Assembly: GCA_010909165.1 (NCBI GenBank)
Contig: MU008169.1
Coordinates: forward strand, 744,001-808,000
Source of the DNA: Anthoceros angustus
Taxonomy: Eukaryota; Plantae; Anthocerotophyta
Reading direction: 5' to 3'
DNA: 64,000 nucleotides
The translations under genes were made by a program, and so were the position numbers. Each line of letters begins with the position of its first letter. Position 1 is the stretch's first letter. Below are positions 36,546 through 48,694 of the stretch, in pieces. The notes under the pieces were generated by a model. The model made no database searches. It was not told the DNA's origin and was given only the letters and a program-made list of their open reading frames with translations.

Positions 36546-39500
36546 TGTTGTGACCTTGTCACGTGGGAGCGTAGTTTAGGGTTCACATGAGTAGGTTTTA
36601 ATCACAACTAGAACGTGGTAGATGGCAATTCACGCACTTAACCTCGGTTATTGGACCGATTAGTTATGATGAGAGCATTATAATCGCAATCGTACATGTA
36701 TAAATATGCCCTTTCATCAATGAAAATCATCCTTTCCTCAAGACTTGTGCCCCACTTATGGTATCGGCGGTGGCGCCCGTTTGGCCGCACGCGCCTGGCT
36801 TGGCTCTCCACACCACCCGACATGGCGCGCACCGAACCGCGGCAACCTTCAACGATCCTGAGTCTTCTACCATGCCTCGGCGCCGAGCCCCAGCCAGCTA
36901 CGCCCCGAGCAGAAATTCTCCAAGAAGGATCGCTATCACGCAGCCCCGCTGCCCAAGACCGATGCGCCACCGGGCGCTGCACTCGCGTAGACACACCGTC
37001 GCCAATCAAGTCCTCCACCCGAAGTTAAAGGCCCATCAAGAATTCATAGAGTGACGATCCTACCTGCACACCGCAGCAGTGCGACCTCTCCAGTGTTCCG
37101 TAATCCCTCGACCTCCTCCGAGGATTACCTTAAGAGTCAGTTAGTGCTAATCAAATCGCAGATGGAGGCACTTCTTGTCGCTATCTCCAACCTGCCTGTA
37201 CACACAAACAACGAATCAGATGCACTCTAAGTAGGCGAATGCCTCATTTCGACCCACTAGGTCAGCATACAACCAAGTTGCTTGCTAAGAAACTCACTTG
37301 CCTGTACACCCATGGCTCAAAATTGTAAATACAACCAAGGTAGAGTTTAGAGATCGAGACCGCTTCACGAGGCGACTTCGACATCGGCGGGATGTGCATC
37401 AACTGCCTGGAGCATGACCTCATGGGGATAGTCGATGCGCCGCCCAACCTTCCACCACATCCAATCCCCTACAACCACATCGGGGTTGCGGCTTGGACCA
37501 AGAAGGACAAGCGTGCCCATAGCATCTTGATTTCTTCCATTGACAAGAGTATGATGCACCACACAAGTGACCAAGCCACTTCCAATGCCATCTGCAGGAC
37601 TTTCAAAGACATATTTCAGGCCCAAAGCAGCATGTCCCTAATCAATGCAACAAGACAGTTTTATTCACTAAGAATGAAAGACTCGGATACGGTCGAACAG
37701 CATGTGAATGTGTTCTGATCCCTCAGAGCAAAGCTAGCCTCAGGAGGTACCGTTATCTTCGAACATCAAGCGATGGCCCTTCTAACCTCTCACACCCTCA
37801 GGACATTTATTAGTCGCAGAATTGATCGGCAACCCTTGCAAGCGGGCAATCCACTTACACATTTGGTGGTTGCGGCTCTCCTTGAGGAGGAATCCAGCAG
37901 ATCCACGAGCCACAAGCAGTCCATCCAAAGACTCATGCACTCTTCACATCAAGAGGGCCGCGCCCGGAGAGGTGGCGGCCTTTCAGCACGAAGGCCCTCC
38001 ATGCGACCTTTCGCAGCAACAAGCTGTCCACCGCGGGACAAAGGGCCCGTGCAACGGTGCCGCATTTCGGGCACTTCCGAGTGTAAAGAAGCTTGGCGAA
38101 CCTCGTCGCGAATCACCTCAAGAATCACATTACACCAAGCAGTCGCTTCCCATCCTTCTGCTATAACACTCACAAGAACGGATGAAAATAGATGGTTCCC
38201 CGGACTCGGAGCAACTATGCATATCTGCAACAGCAAAGAAGCTTTCGAATCTTACCACGATTCACCTGCAGGCCAGCATGTCCTCCTAGGAGACGATAGC
38301 GCCACGGGTCAGTAGGCACCCGTCTCACTGCAGCTGTCGAACGGAGAAAGCCTCCTCATCATGAGTCCTCCACCACCTTGATCAAAGCTAGCTCGAACAC
38401 AACCTAGTCATCACCTTTCAGGGTAACCACTGCCTCATTCACAGGTTCAGTGACCCATCTAAAACTATTCTTGCACATGGTCTCCCATACAATGATCTCT
38501 ATCTCCTCAACATTGATTCAACTTCCCCTGGCGGTACGCTCAAAATTCAGCCCCTAGGTCTCTTTCCAAATCAGATTCCCTCCTCAGCATCGGCTGGCCA
38601 CATGAGTGCCGCTATCAATTCCTTATCCAACCTACAATGTCAGAGACCCAATACCATCAAAGCTATCTTGATTTATCTCAATCAGACAACAAACTGAACC
38701 AGCTACCATTCAATGATCCCTTACCTACAAGAGCCAAACGCCTGCTTGAAGTCGTCCATTCGGACATCTGTGGCCCCATGCGCACATCCTCTTTCGGCGG
38801 CCACTCATATTTTCTTACTTTTCTGGATGAATGGAGCCGATATTGCCACATATACTTCCTTAAGCACAAGGATGAAGCCCTTCAGTGCTTCCAGGAGTTT
38901 GTTGCCATGGCAGAACGGCACACTGGACTTCCAGTCAGTACCCTCAGAACCGACAATGCTGGAGAGTACATCAGCCACTCTTTTCAGGCGTACTGTACAT
39001 CTAAGGGCATCACCCGGCAGCTCACAGTACCATACACACCAGCACAGAACCCTTTTGCAGAAAGACTGAACAGATCTTTGCTGGAGATATCTCGATCGTT
39101 GCTCAAGCTGGCAGGCCTCACACAAGGATATTGGGCTGAAGCCATCTCAACAGCCAACTATATCAAGAACAGACTGCCAACAAAGGAGCTTCCAAATGTC
39201 ACACCCTATGAGCGTTGGACAGGACAGAAGCCCCGCATATCTCATCTTCGCATTTTGGACGGCATTCGCCCACATTCCGGTGACTAGAAATGGGACGACA
39301 AAAGTAAGAAGCTGCTATTTATTGGTTACTCTGACCAATCTAAGGCCTATCGCTTGATTGATCCATCAACTCGTCAGGTAACCCTATCCCGTAGTGTTCA
39401 TTTCCATGAAGCCACCTTGCTTAATACTTATCTGCAATCCGTGTCCAGCTCAACAACTCTCCCCGCTCCCGCCTTCATGGTTATTCACCTTCTTCCCTTC

Positions 39501-42500
39501 TCCGACCTTGAGGGGGACACTTATAACCCAACAGATTACGAAAATGTTGATGTGCAAGGCCAGACAGGTCATCCGATTCCACCACAAGCCGTGCCTCCAG
39601 CTCAAGCACCGTCATCCACCACCGTCCCACTCCGGACACATACAACTGCACGGTACAATCACCAGACACCATAGGTCAGCCTGAACAACAATTCCCAGAA
39701 CCTTTCTTACCTGACCAGCATCCTGTACTGGAGCAACCCTTATCTGCTAAGCCTGCTGAGCCTGCCGAGCCCCCACTTAGACGGTCTACCCGTCATCTTC
39801 CTCCTCGATCCACCGGAAGGATATCTATCACCGGCACGGAGACTCAATCAGCGAGCTCCGCTCCGCCCCAACTCGGCTCCGGAGGACAACAAGAAGCAGC
39901 AAGACATACTCATCAGTCAATGTGGCCTTATATCAAGCAATGTCGGCAATCGAAATGCAAGGACGTTCCTCGATCCATCGAGGAAGCATTCAAGACCCCA
40001 GATGGAATGCGGCTAGTCCGAATAATATGATTGCCAACAAAACGTGGATACTCCTGACCGACTTACCTCCAGGTCGCAAACCCATATCTTGTAAGTGGAC
40101 ATTCAGGAGGAAGTTGAATCCAGATGGGACAGTCGCAAGATACAAGGCAAGGCTAGTCGCTAGAGGCTTCAACCAAGTTCGACGACTATGAACAAAATCG
40201 ACTCTACAGCCCTGTGGTGAAATCAACATCTATAAGGATACTCTTGGCGTACTCATTGTCTGGACATCCATCAAGTCGGCGTAAGCGCTTTCCTATACGG
40301 TACGTTGAGTGAAGACATTTACATGCTCCAGCCCCCTGGCTACATCAAGGACAACAAAAAGGTCTGTAAGCTCATGAAATCACTCTATGGATTGAAACAA
40401 TCTGCTCAGGTATGGAATGACTGTAGACCTGTACTTGAAGAAGTCTGGATTCTCACCTTTAATTGCAGATCCCAGTGTTTATCTCCTTAGGCAAAAGGAG
40501 CATTTCGTCATCATTACTCTGTACGTCGACGACAATTTCATCTTTGATAGCTGTCCCCAAATCATCCAGTATGTCAAGGACTCGTTAGCCAAGGAGTATG
40601 AGATCGTAGACATAGGACCCCTCAAGTACGCTTTAGGCGTCCAGTTTGAGAGAAATCCCACAGATCACTCTTTCTTCATCCACCAGCAGCACTATGTAGA
40701 CCAGCTCTTAGACAGGTTCAACCTTAAAGAAGCCAGACCCGTCAGTACACCCATAGCTGCAGGTTAGAAGGTGTCTGCAGAAGATAGCCCTGTGACACCA
40801 GAAGAAATAGAAGAGATGAAACTTATACCTTACAGTGAGGCCGTTGGTAGCCTTCTATACTTAGCAATATGGACTCGTCCAGATATCTCTCAGGCTGTCA
40901 ACATAGCATCTAGGTATCTTTCCAACCCTGGAAAAGCCCACTGGACATGTGTCAAGCGAATCCTTAGATACTTAAAAGGAACCAGATCCCTAGGACTTCC
41001 CCTGACCGGATAAAGTAGCGGTGGGTACCGCTTTTGATGGCAGGTGAGACCGATGCCGGAGAAAGTTGGCTGCAGATCGCGCTATGATCAATGGTTCACT
41101 TGTTTCGGCATGCAAGAAGATGCCAAGATGCCTCTCATCCACCGGCGGAGTACCGCAACTTCATGGCGGCCAAAGAGATCCCTGGATACGTCGGCAAAAG
41201 GCGTCAACGAGGGAGACTGACCAATCAACTCAAGTGCGACAACCAATCAGGCAATCGCCATGACCACGAATCCGGTCTGCATGCTAGGATGAAACGCCGA
41301 GATACAACACCACTTCATCCGGCAGTGGTGAGCAAGAAGCAAGTCACCCTCGGTTATGTTATGCAGAAGAGAACACAAGATTTGCTTACGAAGGACTTTC
41401 CAAGACACCACGAGCGGCATCAAAGAATTCGTCACGGAGAAGCTTATCATGGAGGGGAGCGAATCTTCCACTCGAAAGGCCATGAGAACACCTCAAACTC
41501 GAATACCGGAGTCGCAGCGGCAGTACCGTAGCGCAACACCATCATCACCCTTGGAGGTTGCGTCCATCGCTATCTTGAATTGCTCCAAGTCGATCGAGTC
41601 GTTCTCGGTGTGAAGCTTTCGCCGTGTTTCATGAGAGAAGAGCTCTCCTGACTTTCTGCGCTGGTACTTGACACGCCAACCGTGTCACTTTGTCACCAAT
41701 GGCATCGATGACGAGGCGAGAGCAAGGCGCCACCAGATCGCCGGCGGAATGCTTAGCACCATTGCGAGCGGGCGGAGATCGAAGCCATCTTGACATCACT
41801 CTGAGTTGTTGCACCCAGGTTTGCGGCCGAGTGTTGTGACCTTGTGCACGCCCTGAGGGAGTAGTTTAGGCACGGTTCACATGTGTAGGTTTTAATCACA
41901 ACTAGAACGTGATGGGCGGCGCAATTCTTAACCTCAGCTTATTAGACCGCTTAGTAATGATGAGAGCTATAATCGCAATCGCCATGACCACAATCCGGTC
42001 TTGCATGCTAGGATGAAACACGTGAATACACCACTTCATCCGGCAGTGGTGAGCAAGAAGCAAGTCACCCTCGGTTATGTTGCGAAGAGAACACGGATTT
42101 GCTTACGAAGGACTTTCCAAGACACCACACGGCATCGGCGGCAATAGGTCGGCAGCGCGAGAAGCTTATCATGGAGGGGCGAATCTTCCTGCTCAGGAAA
42201 GGCCGAGAACACACGAACTCGAGCAAGAGTCATGACGCAGGGCGCTCAGCGCAACACATCATCACCCTCGGAAGAGGTTGCGTCACTGCTATCTTGAATT
42301 GCTCCAAGGTCGAGTCGTTCTCGGTGAAGCTTTCGCCGTGTTTCATGAGAGAGCTCTCTTGACTTTCTGCGCTGGGTACTTCCGCCAACCGTGTCACTTT
42401 GTCACCAATGGCATCGATGACGAGCGAGGCAAGTCGAAGAAGCCACGGATCGCGGCAATGCTTAGCACGTGCGTAGGAGATCAAGCCATCTTGACATCAC

Positions 42501-42747
42501 TCGAGTTGTTGCACCCGCTTGCGGCGAGGGGTGTTGTGACCTTGTCGCCGGCCTGCGGAGCGTAGTTTAGGCACGCAGTTCACATGTGTAGGTTTTAATC
42601 ACAACTAGATGATACGGTCGCACATAACCTCGGCTTATTAGACCGATAGTAATGATGAGAGCGATTATAAGCAATCAAGACATATATATGCATGCCCCTT
42701 TCATCAATGAAAATCATCCTTTCCTCCAAGACTTGTGCCCCACTTTA
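36546..42747 (+). mobile_element. Ty1/copia LTR retrotransposon with a duplicated 3' end
   Basis: LTRs at 36546-36758 and 42532-42747, partial extra LTR at ~41832-41980. PBS TGGTATC (tRNA-iMet type), PPT, and TSD CTATG. Domain order gag-PR-IN-RT-RH. Confidence 0.95.
37312..41450 (+). CDS. Copia gag-pol polyprotein (frameshifted)
   Basis: WTKKDKRAHSIL (gag); W..GATMHIC (protease); VHSDICGPM...LRTDNAGEY..VPYTPAQN..AER.NR (integrase); [18 protein letters not shown] and LYVDD (RT); LSSTEAEY and CDNQSAI (RNase H, clearer in the mirror copy). Confidence 0.9.
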
Positions 42748-43560
42748 CTATGGCGGACACACATGCGTAGACTCTTCTTTACCACCAAAAGTGTCCCCTC
42801 GAGTCTTCAAGAGACCAACGCCAAAGCTAGCTTCTCAAGATGCCCACAAAAGCGCATCTTCCTTAGCCTTCACCACATCCTTTGTGCTCAAGCTTTCAAA
42901 AAGCTGGCGGGAATCTTTCAATGCACCACATTTGGTATACATGTCCACCAAGCAGCTATGGTGCACCTCCTCTCTTGACAATCTATGAGTTCATTGCCCC
43001 CCTTCTCTAAGGCACCAGTGCTTCCACAGCCTTCAAGGCAAGCAAAGATAACATCTATCAACCAAACCGAGACCCCCAATTGTCCATTTGTCCATACACA
43101 ACAAGTGCCTCTTACGAGTCCTTGCTATGCATACCTAGCAATCAGGGTATTCCATGTCACCACATCCTTTTTGGCCAAGCTGTGAAAAATAAGACCACCA
43201 GTTTTTGCACCGCCCTTCACAAGGCAAGCAAACATGGTGAATGAAGGCCTTCCTGCTTCATTCGTCCATACACAACAAGTGACTCATGTCCGAGGGGGCC
43301 CTTGCTGGGCATACCCAGCAATCAGCGAGGTCCATGTCACCACATCCCTCGTGGCACAGCTGTCAAAACCTGGCGTCCTTGTTTCAGTTCAAAGCATTTT
43401 GCATATATGCCCACCAGGCAGTTACCCACCAATATATTATCTAGTTGTCCTCTGTCGACAATCTGTGAGTGCAGCCCCGTGCCCTTCTGTAAGGTACCAA
43501 TCCCTGCACAGGCCTTCAGTAGGCAAGCAAGAGTAACTGCAGTGCGTTTGACCTCCTCGG
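42748..43560 (-). pseudogene. PLS-class PPR / DYW (KP-like) pseudogene
   Basis: VTLACLLKACAGIGTLQKG.GLHSQIV...LVGNCLVGIYAKC...DVVTWTSLIAGYAQQG, then [42 protein letters not shown] (read from the mirror copy at 48565-48694). Confidence 0.8.
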
Positions 43561-43797
43561 CTGGTACCAAGCTCAGCCTTCACAGTTCAGGAGTTAGTCT
43601 GATGTGACGTCGATGGCCAGAATTTGCTCGCCACATCTCCCATGGCAGCATCCTCAAGACCTATAACAACAAGCAACAGAGGTTCAGGAGTTCCCATTGT
43701 CCTTCACCCTGCACTTAACCAAAGCACCATAGCACTCAGCAGCATTACCTCTCTTCCCATTGTCCTTAAACCTCACTTAATCAAAGCACCAGTGGAC

Positions 43798-44800
43798 TGT
43801 TGGGGATTTCTAGAAGAAATGTAATTAAGGCTAACCCTACCTTCTGCAAAGCTGGGCCCATGGATAGGTAGCTAAGTATAGAATATGTATTCTTTATGTG
43901 CAAACTGGAACATAGGGCTCTGTGAAGCCGCCAGCAAATTGATGAGTCTTACGGAGATGAGCTGCTCGAGGACTATATGAGAGTCCTCAATTTCTGTAAG
44001 CAACAGGCCATCCAATGGAACAGGGCATGGCCCTTGGCATCCAAACTCCTTTCTCTTGTGCAGATTCTGTATGTCTGTGAATGCTAACGCGCAGGGCTGA
44101 GAAGCCTGCCCCCTTTTCCTTCCTCATTACTATTGTGCCTCACCGGAGGGTGTTGACTAAAAACCTGTTTTCTAACATTCTGTTGCTATGAGGCCTAACC
44201 ACTGTGCTCGAGCTCCGGCCTCTGTCATGCAGTTTTGCCGGCCTTGGGCGGAGACGCTAGGGCTTCCTCTTCTCCAGTGCGAGAGCAATCACGTCGTTCA
44301 AGCTGCTCTTCCTTCTTAACCAAGTTCCGAAGTAAAACCTTCTTGCATGACTATAAAGAAAAACTCAACTGCCTCTGCCAAAGCGATAGAGAGGCCGTCA
44401 CTGACTATGTTGAAACAACTAGAACTCTCGTCCAGAAGCTTGGATACACAACGGATGCAGGTAAACTCAAGAAGGTGAAAGCACGTTGTGTGCGTGGCAT
44501 CAGGATGAATTCTTCTCCAGGACGATGGAAGCAAATGAAAGGTTGCCCAGTCCGCTCTGCTAGCATCGTCGAGATTCTCAAACCATACTTCAGCTTTGCT
44601 CTGGAGGGAAGCAGGAAGAACTTCATATACTTTTTCTCTGTTCCAAGCATCCTGGCTTTGAGCATCCTTTTGAATAACCATACGTGTTCGTCCGAATCTT
44701 CTCTACGAGAGCTGAAGAATTGTGGAAGGGCAGCTGGGTCAGTATGCCTTCCGGCCATTGTAGACTCAGAACTCAAGAAGGCCATCAAGGGGTCTTACAG
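43798..44800. mobile_element. Gypsy-like remnant: ~380-bp TGTT...AACA LTR-like block plus rearranged gag
   Basis: 43798-44177 is bounded by TGTTGG...CTAACA. Gag-like peptides are LPQFFSSRREDSDEHVWLF...FPASLQSKAEVWFENL...DWAT (minus) and FLTKF...LNCLCQSDREAVTDYV...VRGI (plus). Confidence 0.55.
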
Positions 44801-46629
44801 TCTGTCGAGATCGAAGTGGAAGCGGTTGGCAGGCAGCTGGTCTTTTCGACAAGACACGGTTGTGGATTCTCCGAAAATACTTGGAAGGCTCTAGGTGAAC
44901 TAGCAAGACCGAAGGGTACGAGAAGGGGACAGGTCGCACTGGCGCTGCAGACTGTGCAGCAGGGCCAACTGCACCTAAATCTCCTTAGCACCTCAGTAAG
45001 TATCTTGTGCTTGGGAGAGGCTTAGGATCCAAAATTTCGTGCATCATTGCCGGCGCCGTTTTGTTTCTGAAATTGATGGAAACAGACACCCGCCAAACTG
45101 ACACTCTGAACTGCATCACACCTTGGTCCCAAGATGTGATATAGCGCGGCGCCGGTGGAGGTGGTGGTGCAGAAGCCGGGTGTCTGTTTCCATCAATCCT
45201 TTTCAACCGATGCCAGCCGCTCACTACATACCAGATTTATTATCTGAATAAAGTGAATCTGAAAGCCTTCCATGGATTATAGTAGGCCCTGGCCGGGAAT
45301 AGACACCGCTTCTGCATAATGGAAGAGTATCATATGCCCTGGTCGGGAATCGCAATAGCGTCTACATGGTGAAAGAATCTCATTCTACCACAATATTGAC
45401 AACATTTTTTTTCAACCTGTAGTGGTATGAAGTACAAATTAGTGGCAAATTTTGGAGTAATTAAGATATTGAAGGAAACTCTATACTACCAAATTTTGAA
45501 ATTACTACATGAAGGAAGAAAACCCTAAATATATACTAGTTGATTTATGGGAAGAACTAATATCTATATAGGGTTTTCTTCCTTCATGTAGTAATTTCAA
45601 AATTTGGTAGTATAGAGTTTCCTTCAATATCTTAATTACTCCAAAATTTGCCACTAATTTGTACTTCATACCACTACAGGTTGAAAAAAAATGTTGTCAA
45701 TATTGTGGTAGAATGAGATTCTTTCACCATGTAGACGCTATTGCGATTCCCGACCAGGGCATATGATACTCTTCCATTATGCAGAAGCGGTGTCTATTCC
45801 CGGCCAGGGCCTACTATAATCCATGGAAGGCTTTCAGATTCACTTTATTCAGATAATAAATCTGGTATGTAGTGAGCGGCTGGCATCGGTTGAAAAGGAT
45901 TGATGGAACAAAACATGGATGTTTAGGGGGATCCAGGTTCGATTCCCGTCGGAATACACGGAATAAAACCTTGCAGATACGGTTATCCAGGAACCAGCTA
46001 GTCAGAAGCTTATGCAAGGGATGAAACATGTGGAGAAGTTCCTCCAGTAGCATCTCCAGGCCATACTTCCAAGCTTCCTGTGTATAGCTGTATACATAGC
46101 CGCCATTCCCTGCACAATTGCTTCGCCAAAAGCATCGGAAAAATGCAACTGGAGTAGGACGAGGCGGATTCAGGGGGGGCCTGCTGTCGTGCATACTTCG
46201 ACGTTTCACGTCACGGGCCAGAGCCATGGCGGCTTCGCGGCAGACACCCGGCTTCTGCACCACCACCTCCACCGGCGCCGCGCTATATCACATCTTGGGA
46301 CCAAGGTGTGATGCAGTTCAGAGTGTCAGTTTGGCGGGTGTCTGTTTCCATCAATTTCAGAAACAAAACGGCGCCGGCAATGATGCACGAAATTTGGATC
46401 CTACAAGCCTCTCCCAAGCACAAGATACTTACTGAGGTGCTAAGGAGATTTAGGTGCGGTTGGCCCTGCTGCACAGTCTGCAGCGCCAGTGCGACCCGTC
46501 CCCCTTCTCGTACCCTTCGGTCTTGCTAGTTCACCTAGAGCCTTCCAAGTATTTTCGGAGAATCCACAACCGTGTCTTGTCGAAAAGACCAGCTGCCTGC
46601 CAACCGCTTCCACTTCGATCTCGACAGAC

Positions 46630-47624
46630 TGTAAGACCCCTTGATGGCCTTCTTGAGTTCTGAGTCTACAATGGCCGGAAGGCATACTGACCCGGCTGCC
46701 CTTCCACAATTCTTCAGCTCTCGTAGAGAAGATTCGGACGAACACGTATGGTTATTCAAAAGGATGCTCAAAGCCAGGATGCTTGGAACAGAGAAAAAGT
46801 ATATGAAGTTCTTCCCTGCTTCCCTCCAGAGCAAAGCTGAAGTATGGTTTGAGAATCTCGACGATGCTAGCAGAGCGGACTGGGCAACCTTTCATTTGCT
46901 TCCATCGTCCTGGAGAAGAATTCATCCTTGATGCCACGCACACAACGTGCTTTCACCTTCTTGAGTTTACCTGCATCCGTTGTGTATCCAAGCTTCTGGA
47001 CGAGAGTTCTAGTTGTTTCAACATAGTCAGTGACGGCCTCTCTATCGCTTTGGCAGAGGCAGTTGAGTTTTTCTTTATAGTCATGCAAGAAGGTTTTACT
47101 TCGGAACTTGGTTAAGAAGGAAGAGCAGCTTGAACGACGTGATTGCTCTCGCACTGGAGAGGAAGCCTAGCGTCTCCGCCCAAGGCCGGCAAAACTGCAT
47201 GACAGAGGCCGGAGCTCGAGCACAGTGGTTAGGCCTCATAGCAACAGAATGTTAGAAAACAGGTTTTAGTCAACACCCTCCGGTGAGGCACAATAGTAAT
47301 GAGGAAGGAAAGGGGCAGGCTTCTCAGCCCTGCGCGTTAGCATTCACAGACATACAGAATCTGCACAAGAGAAAGGAGTTTGGATGCCAAGGGCCATGCC
47401 CTGTTCCATTGGATGGCCTGTTGCTTACAGAAATTGAGGACTCTCATAGTCCTCGAGCAGCTCATCTCCGTAAGACTCATCAATTTGCTGGCGGCTTCAC
47501 AGAGCCCTATGTTCCAGTTTGCACATAAAGAATACATATTCTATACTTAGCTACCTATCCATGGGCCCAGCTTTGCAGAAGGTAGGGTTAGCCTTAATTA
47601 CATTTCTTCTAGAAATCCCCAACA
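46630..47624. mobile_element. Mirror copy of the gypsy-like remnant
   Basis: Reverse complement of 43798-44800. Confidence 0.55.
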
Positions 47625-47859
47625 GTCCACTGGTGCTTTGATTAAGTGAGGGTTTAAGGACAATGGGAAGAGAAGGTAATGCTGCTGAGTGCTATGGTGC
47701 TTTGGTTAAGTGCGGGGTGAAGGACAATGGGGAACTCCTGAACCTCTGTTGCTTGTTGTTATAGGTCTTGAGGGATGCTGCCATGGGAGATGTGGCGAGC
47801 AAATTCTGGCCATCGACGTCACATCAGACTAACTCCCGAACTGTGAAGGCTGAGCTTGG

Positions 47860-48694
47860 TACCAGCCGAGGAGGTCAAACGCACTGCAGTTACTCTTGCT
47901 TGCCTACTGAAGGCCTGTGCAGGGATTGGTACCTTACAGAAGGGCACGGGGCTGCACTCACAGATTGTCGACAGAGGACAACTAGATAATATATTGGTGG
48001 GTAACTGCCTGGTGGGCATATATGCAAAATGCTTTGAACTGAAACAAGGACGCCAGGTTTTGACAGCTGTGCCGAGGATGTGGTGACATGGACCTCGCTG
48101 ATTGCTGGGTATGCCCAGCAAGGGCCCCCTCGGACATGAGTCACTTGTTGTGTATGGACGAATGAAGCAGGAAGGCCTTCATTCACCATGTTTGCTTGCC
48201 TTGTGAAGGGCGGTGCAAAAACTGGTGGTCTTATTTTTCACAGCTTGGCCAAAAAGGATGTGGTGACATGGAATACCCTGATTGCTAGGTATGCATAGCA
48301 AGGACTCGGCCAAGAGGCACTTGTTGTGTATGGACAAATGGACAATTGGGGGGTCCTCGGTTTGGTTGATAGATGTTATCTTTGCTTGCCTTCTGAAGGC
48401 CTGTGGAAGCACTGGTGCCTTAGAGAAGGGGGGGCAGCTGAACTCATAGATTGTCAACAGAGGACAGCTGGGTGCACCAGCTGCTTGGTGGACATGTATA
48501 CCAAATGTGGTGCATTGAAAGATTCCCGCCAGCTTTTTGAAAGCTTGAGCACAAAGGATGTGGTGAAGGCTAAGGAAGATGCGCTTTTGTGGGCATGCTG
48601 AGAAGCTAGCTTTGGCGTTTGGTCTCTTGAAGACTCCGAGTGGGACACTTTTGGTGGTAAAGAAGAGTCTACGCATGTGCGGTGTCTGCCATAG
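47860..48694 (+). pseudogene. Mirror copy of the PPR/DYW pseudogene
   Basis: ORFs 47856-48086 and 48326-48601, with the HAEKLA...LRMCGVCH segment at ~48590-48694. Confidence 0.8.
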
